64,000 bases of DNA from Candidatus Binatia bacterium. Its GTDB lineage: Bacteria; Desulfobacterota; Binatia; DP-6. Position 1 is the first letter of the stretch. The number at the start of each line of letters is the position of its first letter. Below, piece after piece: positions 1 to 9,132 of the stretch. Made by a program: the position numbers and the translations under genes. The stretch is from NCBI GenBank assembly GCA_041496545.1, contig JBGQET010000008.1:7543-71542 (forward strand), read 5' to 3'. The notes beneath the pieces are model-generated. The model worked only from the letters and a program-made list of their open reading frames with translations. It was not told the DNA's origin and did not search any database.

Positions 1-21
1 ATGCTCGACGGTCTCGGCGGC

Positions 22-786
22 TCAGTCCAGGAGCCGCCGCTCGAACACGAACGCGAGCAGGCCGTGCAGCGTCGCCTTGCCGAGCCGGAGCTTCAGGCGC
101 TCGAGGTAGTGGCGCACGGTGTGGCCGCTCAAGCCGAGGGCGGAGGCGACCTCCCGGCAGGTGCGATCCGACGCCAGGAGCCCGAGGACGTCGCGCTCTC
201 GTTGCGTCAGACGAATCGACTGCGGGTGCGGCCGCTCCAGCCGAGCGCGGCTGCCGTCCACGCAGGTGCTCTCGATCGAGAGGGTGATGCGATGGGCGAA
301 CGCCTCCAGGGCCGCCTCGTCGCGGCGGCTGAACTCCCACGGCGTCCGCCGCGCGACGGCGAGCGTGCCGACGATCCGCTCGCGCGTCGTGAGCGGGGCG
401 ATGAGCAAGCCGCGCACGCGATTGCGGCTTGCGATCTCACGTACGACGCCGCGCCGATCGCCGTGGACGTCGGGGCTGCGGAAGCTCTGCCCGGACGCCA
501 GCACCATCCCGTTCAGGCTGTGCGCGAGCGGCAGCCGCTTCTCGACGATCAAGCCGGCGGTGCCGAACACGCTCATGACCTCGAGGTCGTCCCCGCTGCG
601 CGACGGCAGCGCGACCGAAGCGAGCGGGGCGCCGCAGAGACGGGCCGCGCTCCGCGCGACGCTCGCCAGCAGCTTCTCCGGGGCGGTGGCCGCGACCACG
701 TTGCACACCGTCCCTTGCACGAGCGCGGCCTCCGCCGCGCTCAGACGGCCGGCGACGCGACCAGGTCGAGAGACGAGCCGCAGCAC
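22..786 (-). CDS. GAF-domain LuxR/FixJ-type HTH transcriptional regulator
   Basis: The C-terminus LTQRERDVLGLLASDRTCREVASALGLSGHTVRHYLERLKLRLG is a LuxR-type HTH, preceded by about 150 aa that look GAF-like. The ORF is open to 990, but its first 68 codons are Arg/Pro/Ser-rich and overlap the divergent gene. I propose the in-frame GTG at 786 as the start; this is uncertain. Confidence 0.75.
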   Translation of the reverse strand: MLRLVSRPGRVAGRLSAAEAALVQGTVCNVVAATAPEKLLASVARSAARLCGAPLASVALPSRSGDDLEVMSVFGTAGLIVEKRLPLAHSLNGMVLASGQSFRSPDVHGDRRGVVREIASRNRVRGLLIAPLTTRERIVGTLAVARRTPWEFSRRDEAALEAFAHRITLSIESTCVDGSRARLERPHPQSIRLTQRERDVLGLLASDRTCREVASALGLSGHTVRHYLERLKLRLGKATLHGLLAFVFERRLLD

Positions 787-952
787 CGAGCGAAACCTAC
801 ACCCCGGCCGTGGCGAGCGACAAGGGCTGCCACGCACTCCGGCCGTCGGGGGCGTGCGACACGGAGCGTCGAGCGCGGCCGTTGCGTTCGAGGGCCGAGA
901 CGCGATATCGACCGAGGAAGCTGGCGAGTCTCGCGAGCCTCGGGAGGTCGAC

Positions 953-2185
953 ATGTCGGCGCGATGGTTCGGTCCGGTCCTGCTCGGCACGCTGCTCGCC
1001 GCTTCGCTGGCTCCCCGCCGCGCGGCCGCCGTCTACGACGTCGTCCTGAACGCGCAGGGCGAGTTCCTCGACGCGTACTTGGTCGACGGCAAACCCTTCC
1101 CGCCGCGGGTCGTCCTCATCGACCCCGACCCGGCCGACCCCGACAGCCTCACCCTCCCGCCGCGCGTCGGCCGCCACGTGAACGGCAAGCTCTGCTTCTT
1201 CCCGTCCTCGGTCCGCCGGCACCGGCAGTTCATCATTGCCGACGACACGTATCGCGAGTCCTGCCTGGACCGCCATTCGCCGCAAGCGCGCTGCGCCGTG
1301 ACCGACCGCCGGAACCCCTTCTTCCTCGGCATGGATCCGGACGGCTGGGGGGTGTTCGGGCGCACCGGCAGGTGGCGGCAGGAGCACATCCACACGCCGT
1401 GGAACTTCTCGGCGCCGCAGCCGCAGGGCAACATCGACCCGCAGGGCTGCGTGTTCGCGCCCGACGGCCGGTTCTTCGGCAACGACGTCGGCAACGGGTC
1501 CTTCGGCGTGAACGACGGCAGCCTGCTCGTGTTCTTTCCCGGCCCCGGGCGGCGCTACGAGGGGTTCTGCTTCCTCGACAAGGCCCTCGGTGCGCCCGGC
1601 ATGCCGGTCATGGACGACGCCGGCAACCTCTACGTGCCCGAGCCGTCGCTGCTCCGCGTCTCGAAGTTCTCGCCCCCGTTTCCGACCGGCCCCGCCGACT
1701 GCGACAACCCCGCGCACCTGGTCACCACCCCGCCGACGAAGACCACGTTCCTCGCCGGCGGCTCGGCCGTGGCCGGCGGCCTCAACATCCCGGTGTCGAT
1801 GGTGCGCGTGCCCGGTACGGACCACTGGTACATCGCCGGCGTCCTCGGGCCGACGATCGTCAACGAGTACGACGCGAGCGGCGTGTTCGTCCGCAACATC
1901 GTCCCGGCCAACGTGGCGAAAAACCCGATCGGCATGGACGTCGGCTCGGACGGCACGCTCTACTACGCGGAGCTGAACCTCGATCCGAAGACGCTCGGCA
2001 CCCGCTGCGGCAGCATGGCGCAGGTGCGGTTCGTTGCCGGCGAGCCGCAGCCGCCCGAGACGCTGGGCGTGCATCTGAGCTTCCCCGACGGCGTCACCGT
2101 CGTGAAGTCGTCGCAGATCGCGGTGAAGTGGCGCCGGCTGCCGCCGTCGCCCGACGTCCCGGCTTCGGCCTGCGGCGGCGAATGA
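953..2185 (+). CDS. secreted hypothetical protein, beta-propeller-like
   Basis: ATG at 953 follows GGGAGG. The signal peptide is MSARWFGPVLLGTLLAASLAPRRAAA. Strand-rich repeats such as GSDGTLYYAE and DDAGNLYVPE are present. The upstream part of the 119..2185 ORF is low-complexity. Confidence 0.7.
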   Translation: MSARWFGPVLLGTLLAASLAPRRAAAVYDVVLNAQGEFLDAYLVDGKPFPPRVVLIDPDPADPDSLTLPPRVGRHVNGKLCFFPSSVRRHRQFIIADDTYRESCLDRHSPQARCAVTDRRNPFFLGMDPDGWGVFGRTGRWRQEHIHTPWNFSAPQPQGNIDPQGCVFAPDGRFFGNDVGNGSFGVNDGSLLVFFPGPGRRYEGFCFLDKALGAPGMPVMDDAGNLYVPEPSLLRVSKFSPPFPTGPADCDNPAHLVTTPPTKTTFLAGGSAVAGGLNIPVSMVRVPGTDHWYIAGVLGPTIVNEYDASGVFVRNIVPANVAKNPIGMDVGSDGTLYYAELNLDPKTLGTRCGSMAQVRFVAGEPQPPETLGVHLSFPDGVTVVKSSQIAVKWRRLPPSPDVPASACGGE

Positions 2186-2240
2186 GGTCGCGCCGATCAG
2201 CCGCTCCCCGCGCCGCCACATCCGACACGTGTGACGCGGC

Positions 2241-3284
2241 TCAGATCATCCGCAGCGCGCGCTCGAAGAGGCCGACCGTCATGGCGTGCAGCATGTCGCC
2301 GGTCTCCTTCGGTGCGCGACCCGCGCAGGCGCGGGCGTGCGTGCCCTCGAGGATGATGCCGAGCTTGAAGCAGGCGAGCACGACGTACCAGTCGATGGCC
2401 GAGAGGTCGCGCTCGCTCCGCGCGCGGTAGCGCGCGACCAGCTCGGTGGCGGCCGGGAAGCCCGTCCACGGCTGGACCGCCATCGCGGCGCCCGTCGGGT
2501 AGCCCTCCTCCGGCCAGGTGGAGAGGAGCCAGCCCAGATCGAGGAGCGGGTCGCCCACGGTGGTCAGCTCCCAGTCCACGATCGCGGCCAGCTCGGGGCC
2601 GGTGCGCGAGAAGAGCACGTTCCCGAGGTGGAAGTCGCCGTGGATGATCCCGGGGCGGAAGGCCGGGGGGCGGTGGTCGTCGAGCCAGTGCGCGACGCGC
2701 TCGACGCCGGGGATGTCGGGTCCCGGATACTCCGGGAGCGTCGAGTACGAGGCGAGCTGCGAGCGCCAGCGGCCGACCTGGCGTGCGAGGTAGTTCTCCG
2801 GCCGGCCGAAGTCCCCGAGGCCGACCGCTTGGTGGTCGACGGCACCGAGCGCGACGATGCCGTCGACCATGGCGAAGCCCATGCCCCGGCGGAGCGTCGG
2901 GTGGGAGCGATGGGGCTCGGGCATCCCCGAGGGCGCGTGGAAGCCGTCGATCGGCTCCATCAGGTAGAAGGCGGCGCCGAGCACGTCGGTCGAGGGCTCG
3001 GCGGCGATCAGCCCGGGGTGGGGCACGTCGCTGCCGGCGAGCGCGGCCAGCACGCGCGCTTCGCGGCGCATGGTCTCGTCGCTGTTCTCGCGCTTGTGCT
3101 CGGGCGGGCGTCTGAGTACGTACGTCCGCCCCGCGCGCTCGAAGCGCACGAGGACGTTCTGCGTGCCGCCCCCGAGCCGCTCGACGCCGGTGAGCGGCCC
3201 GCGCCCGAGGCCGCGGGCGTCCATCCATCCGGCGAGCGCGTCGAGGTCGAGGATCTCGCGCGGCAGCGCCGGCGCGTCAGCCAC
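2241..3284 (-). CDS. APH/choline-kinase-fold phosphotransferase
   Basis: Kinase-fold motifs IIHGDFHLGNVLF and VDWELTTVGDPLLDLG are present. GTG start. The gene overlaps the upstream SDR stop by 8 nt. Confidence 0.85.
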   Translation of the reverse strand: MADAPALPREILDLDALAGWMDARGLGRGPLTGVERLGGGTQNVLVRFERAGRTYVLRRPPEHKRENSDETMRREARVLAALAGSDVPHPGLIAAEPSTDVLGAAFYLMEPIDGFHAPSGMPEPHRSHPTLRRGMGFAMVDGIVALGAVDHQAVGLGDFGRPENYLARQVGRWRSQLASYSTLPEYPGPDIPGVERVAHWLDDHRPPAFRPGIIHGDFHLGNVLFSRTGPELAAIVDWELTTVGDPLLDLGWLLSTWPEEGYPTGAAMAVQPWTGFPAATELVARYRARSERDLSAIDWYVVLACFKLGIILEGTHARACAGRAPKETGDMLHAMTVGLFERALRMI

Positions 3285-4050
3285 CGCCGACGGTCCGGGT
3301 CGCGCCGCCGTCGATCTTCAGGATCGAGCCGGTGGTGTAGCTCGACGCGTCGCTGGCGAGGTAGAGCGCCGCGCCGACGATCTCGCCCGGCTCTCCGCCG
3401 CGCCGGAGCGGGATGGTGGTGCGCGCCGCCTCGGCGAACGCGTTCTGGTCCCACGCCATGGAGATGTCGGTCAGGAACGCGCCCGGCATGATGCAGTTCA
3501 CCCGGACCTTGGGCGCGAAGGCGCGCGCCAGCGCGACGGTCAGGTTGTTGAGCCCCGCTTTCGCCATCGCGTACGGGACCTCGATGGGGGTCGGCGTCAC
3601 GGCGGCGACGCTGCTCACGTTGACGATCGAGCCGCCGCGCCCGGCGGCCATCCGCTCGCCCACCACGACGGAGAGGCGAAACGGCCCCTTCAGGTTGACG
3701 GCGAGCACCTTGTCGTACAGCTCCTCGCTGATCTCGCCCAGCGAGCGGTAGAGCGGCGACATGCCGGCGTTGTTGACCAGCACGTCGACGCGCCCGAAGC
3801 GCCGCTCTACCTCGTCGGCGAGCCGCGTGCAGTCGTCCCACCGTCCGACGTGGCAGCCGACGCCGAGCGCCGTGCGGCCGGTCCGCGCCGCGATCTCCGC
3901 GGCGAGCGCGGTGCACGCGTCCGCCTTCCGACTCGCGACCACGACGTCGGCGCCGTGCTCGGCGAACGCGATCGCCATCGCGCGTCCGAGGCCGCGGCTG
4001 CCGCCGGTGACGACGGCCACCTTGCCGGTGAGGTCGAAGGCGCCGCTCAT
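3277..4050 (-). CDS. SDR-family oxidoreductase
   Basis: TGGSRGLG Rossmann motif, NNAG, and a YAMAK catalytic Y-x3-K. Confidence 0.9.
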   Translation of the reverse strand: MSGAFDLTGKVAVVTGGSRGLGRAMAIAFAEHGADVVVASRKADACTALAAEIAARTGRTALGVGCHVGRWDDCTRLADEVERRFGRVDVLVNNAGMSPLYRSLGEISEELYDKVLAVNLKGPFRLSVVVGERMAAGRGGSIVNVSSVAAVTPTPIEVPYAMAKAGLNNLTVALARAFAPKVRVNCIMPGAFLTDISMAWDQNAFAEAARTTIPLRRGGEPGEIVGAALYLASDASSYTTGSILKIDGGATRTVGGG

Positions 4051-4059
4051 GGGGACGGT

Positions 4060-4668
4060 CTAGCCGGCGGCGAGCGCGTCGGCCAGACGGCGGGCGTCCG
4101 CGCCCGGCTCCAGGCACCAGCGCCCGCCGTCGAGGCGGCCGATGCCGCGGCCGGCGAGCTCGCCCATCACGGCCTCGGCGTCGCTCACCGACACCTCGGC
4201 GGCGCGCGCCAGCGCCGGGGCGTCGAAGGCGACTGCGCCGTCCGACGCGGCCAGGCACTTCCCGAGCGCGTGCCCCGCGGCGCGCAGCCGGCCGAGCCGG
4301 CCCGCCAGCTCCTCGACGTGACGGTCGGTCTCGCCGAGCCGCTGCCCGAGCACGTCCAGCATCCGGAAGACGACCTCGAGGTCGTCCTGCATCATGAGCC
4401 CGAACGTCTCGCGCCGGACGGGGAGGAGCGCGGTGTCGGCCGTCGCCACCGCGGTCGCCGTCCGCGGCCTCGTGCCGAGCAGCGACATCTCGCCGAAGAA
4501 CTCGCCCGGCCCCAGCACCGCGATCTCGCGTTCGTGCCTCTCGCTCCCCAGCCGCAGGCTCACCCGGCCCGCCGAGATGACGAACATCTCCTCGCCCGGG
4601 TCGCCCTGGCGGAAGATCACGGCGCCCGCGGGGAGGCGGCGGCTGCGGGTGTCCGACGGCGCGCTCAT
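4060..4668 (-). CDS. cyclic-nucleotide-binding (CAP-type) domain protein
   Basis: FRQGDPGEEMFVISAGRVSL...GPGEFFGEMSLLGTRPRTATAVA is a canonical cNMP-binding core. The C-terminal ~70 aa could be a small winged-helix-like domain, but no clear Crp HTH is seen. Confidence 0.8.
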   Translation of the reverse strand: MSAPSDTRSRRLPAGAVIFRQGDPGEEMFVISAGRVSLRLGSERHEREIAVLGPGEFFGEMSLLGTRPRTATAVATADTALLPVRRETFGLMMQDDLEVVFRMLDVLGQRLGETDRHVEELAGRLGRLRAAGHALGKCLAASDGAVAFDAPALARAAEVSVSDAEAVMGELAGRGIGRLDGGRWCLEPGADARRLADALAAG

Positions 4669-4770
4669 CGTTGGCGGGACGATCCCCCAGAGCGCGTCGC
4701 GGCGTCAAGTCCGCGCGACCCCGTGCGCCGGCGCCCCCGCTACCCCCGAACTACGGCGCGGTGTCGGATC

Positions 4771-5886
4771 CTACGCGATCTGCTTGCGGAAGCCGAGGAG
4801 GCTCGCCCCCGAGAAGGCGACGACGAAGGCGAGCAGCGCCAGGTAGTCCAGGCGCACATCGGCGAACGCCGACGCCTTCAGCGTCAGCGCGCGGATACCC
4901 TCCACGAAGTAGGTCATGGGCAGCGCGTGGGCGAGGGGCTGGAGCCAGCCGGGCATGGCTTCGAGCGGGAAGACGAACCCCGAGAGCATGATCGAGAGGA
5001 TGAAGACGAAGACGTTCATGAAGTGCTGCTGGAGCTGCGTCTCGGAGAGGGCGGAGATGAGCGAGCCGAGCGCCAGCATGGCGAGAATGAAGAGGAGGGC
5101 CAGCGCGGCGACGCCGGCGAGCGAGCCGCGGAAGGGGAGCGCGAACACCAGCCGCGAGAGCACCGCCACCATGACGAAGTCGGTCGCCGTGATGATGGCG
5201 TAGGGGATCAGCTTCCCGGCGACGAACGCGACGCGCGACATGGGCGTGGCCCAGAGCTGCTCGATCGTCTGCTGCTCCTTCTCGCGCACCAGGCCGGTCG
5301 CCAGCGCCAGGCTGACGAGCATGACGACGATCCCCATGGTGCCGGGCAGGAAGAAGTCGGAGTCGCGCATCTCGGGGTTGAAGAGGATCTCCTTGTCGAT
5401 CTTGATGAGCGCTTCGCGCGGGGGCTTGCCCGTGCCGTCATCGGGCTTGATGGCGGCGAGGGCGTCGTCGTTGGTGATCTCGGTGGCGCCGAAGAGCGCG
5501 GCCTGGGCGACCGTCGGCATGGTGCCGTCGACGAGCAGCCGGAAGGTGGTGGACTGCTCCGCGTCGAGCCGGCGCGAGAAGCCCTTCGGGATGACCAGGC
5601 CGAGGTGCGCCCGCCCGTGCTGCAGCATGTCGCGGATCGCCTCCTCGGAGTCGACCTCGACGATGTTCAAATGCACCTTGTCCACCAGCCGGTCCTTCAC
5701 GTTCATGCTGAAGAAGGTGCGGTCCTGGTCCCAGACGGCGGCGGTGAGGTCGTCCACCGTCAAGCGCAGCGCGAAGCCGAACAGGAGCACGATCACGATC
5801 GGCAGGCCGACGACGTACCCCACCAGACGCGGGTCACGCCGGATGTGGACGAACTCCTTGCGCATGACGCCCCAGAGCTGGCGCAT
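4771..5886 (-). CDS. ABC-2 type transporter permease
   Basis: The start MRQLWGVMRKEFVHIRRDP is typical of ABC-2 permeases. It has a large periplasmic loop followed by 5 C-terminal TM segments. ATG at 5886; upstream ORF codons are low-complexity. Confidence 0.85.
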   Translation of the reverse strand: MRQLWGVMRKEFVHIRRDPRLVGYVVGLPIVIVLLFGFALRLTVDDLTAAVWDQDRTFFSMNVKDRLVDKVHLNIVEVDSEEAIRDMLQHGRAHLGLVIPKGFSRRLDAEQSTTFRLLVDGTMPTVAQAALFGATEITNDDALAAIKPDDGTGKPPREALIKIDKEILFNPEMRDSDFFLPGTMGIVVMLVSLALATGLVREKEQQTIEQLWATPMSRVAFVAGKLIPYAIITATDFVMVAVLSRLVFALPFRGSLAGVAALALLFILAMLALGSLISALSETQLQQHFMNVFVFILSIMLSGFVFPLEAMPGWLQPLAHALPMTYFVEGIRALTLKASAFADVRLDYLALLAFVVAFSGASLLGFRKQIA

Positions 5887-5992
5887 CGTCGGGTCGTAGT
5901 GCCCCGCACCCGGGGCGTCAAGGCCGCCGTTCGTGCGTGCGTTTGACGTCACTCGCCCGGGGGTCGTATCCCCGACCGCGGAGGACGTCCGC

Positions 5993-8011
5993 ATGCCGCC
6001 CGACCAGCCCGTGACCCCGACCCCGACCCGCGTCGAGGTCCTGGCACGCATCCCGCTCTTCAGCTGCTTCACGGCCGAGGAGCTGGCGGTGCTGGCGACG
6101 CTCTTCGTCGACGTAACGTACCACCGCCACGACACGATCTGCACCGCGGGCGAGGAGGGCGACACGTTCTTCGTCATCCTCGGCGGCGAGCTGGAGGTGT
6201 GGAGCGGCGACGCGGTGCCCCGCTGCATCAACCGGCTCGGGGAGGGCGACTACTTCGGGGAGATGTCGCTGCTGCTCGGCGGCGCGCGCGCGGCGACCGT
6301 GACCGTGGCGCGGAACGCGCGGCTGCTCGCCGTCGACAAGGGCGCCTTCGACCGCTACTTCGCCCACAACGCGAAGGTCCTCGAGTACTTCTCGCGCGTG
6401 CTCGCCAAGCGGCTCGCCGACATGGCGCGCGGCGAGGAGGTCGTCGCCGGCACGCTGGTGATCGCCGTCGGCGCGGCGCCCGGGCTCCGGGGCAAGACCC
6501 TCGTCTCCACCGCGCTCGCCGGGCTCCTCGCCGACATGACGGGACGCGAGGTCCTCCTGGCGCGGCTCCAGATGACGGGCCGCGGGCCCGAGGGCGAGGC
6601 GCCCGTGCCGTTGGCGGAGCTGGCGCGCGAGCCGGGCGACGCCGTCCGCCGCCGCCTCGCCGACCGCGGCGACGTCCCGGTGCTGTGGGTCGGCCCGTCG
6701 CGCGACGCCGACGTCGAGGGCGAGGTCGAGGCGCTCAGCACGCTCGTCACCAAGCTCGGCGACACGTTCGAGTTCGTCCTCCTCGACCTCCCCGGCGCCG
6801 CCGGCCCGCTCGCCAGCGCGGCGGCCGCGGTGGCCGATGTCGTGGTGCGGATCGTCGATACGGTGGACGCGGGCGGCGCCCAGGCCGCCGGCGGCCGCAC
6901 GCGGACGTACACGGTGATCAATCTCCACAACCCGAATTCGCCGCCCATTGCCATCAACCACTGCGAGCCCTTCGTCATCCCGTCGGACCGCGAGCTACGC
7001 GACCTCGGACCCCTCGACCAGGCGCGGCACGTGCGCGCCAACGCGACCACGGCGGCCGCCCCCGCGCTCCGCCGGCTGGCGCGCAAGATCCTCGGCACGA
7101 CCGTGGGTCTCGCGCTCGGCGGCGGCGCCGCCTTCGGCATCTGCCACATCGGCGTCTTCAAGGTCCTCGAGGACAACGACATCCCCGTCGACCTGCTGGC
7201 CGGGTGCAGCATGGGCTCGATCGTCGCGCTCGGCTACGCCGCCGGCATCCGCGCCGAGCGGATGCTCGAGCTGGCGCGCACCAACGGCACCAAGCTGAAG
7301 ACGCTCTCGGCGCTCCTCGACGTCACGCTCACCCGGCCCGGCTTTCTCTCGGGCGACCGTCTGGTCGCGATCTTCGCGCCCATGGCGGGGCCCGTCCAGA
7401 ACTTCGAGCAGCTCGTGCTGCCGTGCCGGACGGTCGCGACGGACATCGAAACGGGCGAGAAGGTGACCATCGGCTCGGGCAAGATCGCCGACGCGTTCCG
7501 CGCCAGCTCCGCCGTGCCCATGCTCTGGGCGCCGGCCGAGCTCGACGGCCGCGTCCTGGTCGACGGCGGCGTGGTCGACCCCGTGCCCGCCGACGTCGTG
7601 CACGAGATGGGCGCCGACGTCTGCATCGCGGTGAACGCCGTGCCGCGGTTGAAGAAGGACGTGCAGACGGTGCTCGCCCGGCTGTACCGTGGGGTGAAGC
7701 GCTTCGACCCGCTCACCTGGATCTCCGCCACCAGCCGCGACATGCCCAACATGTTCGACATCATCATGAACTCGATGCAGACGCTCCAGTACGAGCTCGG
7801 TAACTTCAAGGCGATCTCCGCCGACGTCCGCATCAACCCGGACCTCTCGGCGTACACGTGGATCGAGTTCTACCGCCCCCAGGAGATGATCGAGCGCGGC
7901 GCCGAGGCGGCGGAGCGGGCGCTGCCCGACATCAAGCGCGTGCTGGCGGAACGGTTGCACGCCAAGCCGAAGGTCCCCGCGGTGCCGCGGGCCGTTGCGA
8001 GCGTCAGCTAG
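5993..8011 (+). CDS. fusion protein: cNMP-binding domain, ParA/MinD-like domain and patatin-like phospholipase
   Basis: cNMP core GDYFGEMSLLLGGARAATV. The middle domain has GAAPGLRGKTLVSTALA (a degenerate deviant Walker A) and FEFVLLDLPG (Walker-B-like). Patatin motifs are GGGAAFG, GCSMG (GxSxG) and VDGG. ATG at 5993 follows GAGGA. Confidence 0.85.
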   Translation: MPPDQPVTPTPTRVEVLARIPLFSCFTAEELAVLATLFVDVTYHRHDTICTAGEEGDTFFVILGGELEVWSGDAVPRCINRLGEGDYFGEMSLLLGGARAATVTVARNARLLAVDKGAFDRYFAHNAKVLEYFSRVLAKRLADMARGEEVVAGTLVIAVGAAPGLRGKTLVSTALAGLLADMTGREVLLARLQMTGRGPEGEAPVPLAELAREPGDAVRRRLADRGDVPVLWVGPSRDADVEGEVEALSTLVTKLGDTFEFVLLDLPGAAGPLASAAAAVADVVVRIVDTVDAGGAQAAGGRTRTYTVINLHNPNSPPIAINHCEPFVIPSDRELRDLGPLDQARHVRANATTAAAPALRRLARKILGTTVGLALGGGAAFGICHIGVFKVLEDNDIPVDLLAGCSMGSIVALGYAAGIRAERMLELARTNGTKLKTLSALLDVTLTRPGFLSGDRLVAIFAPMAGPVQNFEQLVLPCRTVATDIETGEKVTIGSGKIADAFRASSAVPMLWAPAELDGRVLVDGGVVDPVPADVVHEMGADVCIAVNAVPRLKKDVQTVLARLYRGVKRFDPLTWISATSRDMPNMFDIIMNSMQTLQYELGNFKAISADVRINPDLSAYTWIEFYRPQEMIERGAEAAERALPDIKRVLAERLHAKPKVPAVPRAVASVS

Positions 8012-8016
8012 CGTCG

Positions 8017-8853
8017 CTAGCCGAGGACGGGGAAGCGGCGGCGGCGCGCCAGGTCGTCGACCAGGTTCTGGAGGACGGTCGTGACGCGCTCGTAGCCGCG
8101 GCGGACGGCGTCGCGGTTGCGGGCGAGCTGGGGGTCGTGCGGGAAGCGGATCGGCTCGCCGACCTTGTAGGTCAGCTTGGCGGGCAGGGGCAGGTACGGG
8201 AGGAAGCCGCCGAGCCAGATGCCCCACGGGAGGCCGACGGTGAGCGGGACCGTCTTCACGCGCGTGAGCCACGCGATGCCCGTCCAGCGCGCGAGCGCGC
8301 GGCTCGAGAAGAGCGTGAAGTAGACCTCGTGGCCGCCGACGTTTCCGATCGGCACGACGGGGACGCCGGTGCGCATGGCGATCTTGACGAAGCCGGCGTG
8401 GTCGAAGAAGTCGATCTTGTTGCGGTCGCGGAAGGGGCGCAGGCAGTCGAGCTCGCCGCCCGGGTAGACGAGGACCGTGGCGCCGGCGGCGAGCGCGCGC
8501 TCGGCGTTCTCCGGGCGCGCGGGGAGCGCACCGATCTTCATGAGCAGGTTGTTCACGATCGGGATCTTGAACACGATATCGTGCACCATCGCGTACGCGG
8601 CGCGCTGGGTGCCGACGTTCTCCGCCCACCAGCCGAGGATCATCCAGACGTCGGGCATGACCGGCCCGCCGTTGTGGTTGCCGACCGCCATGAACGGCCC
8701 CTCGACCGGGAGGTGCTCCACGCCTTCGGCTTCCATGCGGAAGTACCAGCGCCGGGCGGCGTTCAAAAGCGGGGCCACCGCTTCGATGAACTCGGGGTCG
8801 CGGTTGGCGAGGTCGGTGGGGTCGAGGCGCGAGAAGACGAGCTCGCCGAGCAT
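8017..8853 (-). CDS. 1-acyl-sn-glycerol-3-phosphate (lysophospholipid) acyltransferase family protein
   Basis: VGNHNGGPVMPD (HX4D-type box) and VYPGGE motifs. An alternative ATG at 9027 would add 58 Arg/Pro/Ala-rich residues. Confidence 0.85.
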   Translation of the reverse strand: MLGELVFSRLDPTDLANRDPEFIEAVAPLLNAARRWYFRMEAEGVEHLPVEGPFMAVGNHNGGPVMPDVWMILGWWAENVGTQRAAYAMVHDIVFKIPIVNNLLMKIGALPARPENAERALAAGATVLVYPGGELDCLRPFRDRNKIDFFDHAGFVKIAMRTGVPVVPIGNVGGHEVYFTLFSSRALARWTGIAWLTRVKTVPLTVGLPWGIWLGGFLPYLPLPAKLTYKVGEPIRFPHDPQLARNRDAVRRGYERVTTVLQNLVDDLARRRRFPVLG

Positions 8854-9132
8854 CTCGAGCCACGAGCGCCGGGGTCGCGGCGTGTCCGCCGGGCGTACGG
8901 GTCGCGGCACGGACGCCCGCGCGGCGCGTGCCGTGCGGCGAGCGGCTGGCGCGCGTCGCGCCGGCGCGGCGGGGTAGGGCCAGGCGGCGGTACCCTCGCT
9001 CGAGACGTCCCGGCTCGGCCCTTCCATAGGCCGGCGCACCCTAGTCCGCTCCTCGGAACCTGACAATAGATCCCGTCGCGCGACGGCGCGCGTCTTGCGG
9101 CCGCGACGCCGCCCATAGTAACCGCGCGGACG

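Noticed and set aside
5993-8011. The patatin with a cyclic-nucleotide sensor as a CBASS-type defence effector (also considered for 45395..46654)
   Set aside because: No CD-NTase, SAVED, Cap2/Cap3 or other CBASS components are present. The sensor is a CAP-type cNMP domain rather than a CBASS receptor. The architecture is closer to NTE-like lipases.
8854-9027. A 58-codon N-terminal extension of the acyltransferase from ATG 9027
   Set aside because: The extension is Arg/Pro/Ala low-complexity with no RBS. Family homology begins near the ATG at 8853. I kept it only as an alternative start.
9073-9086. A 14-bp perfect palindrome CCGTCGCGCGACGG upstream of the ABC ATPase gene, considered as an operator
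   Set aside because: Pure GC-rich palindromes of this type are frequent by chance in such DNA, and no second copy or associated regulator was seen.
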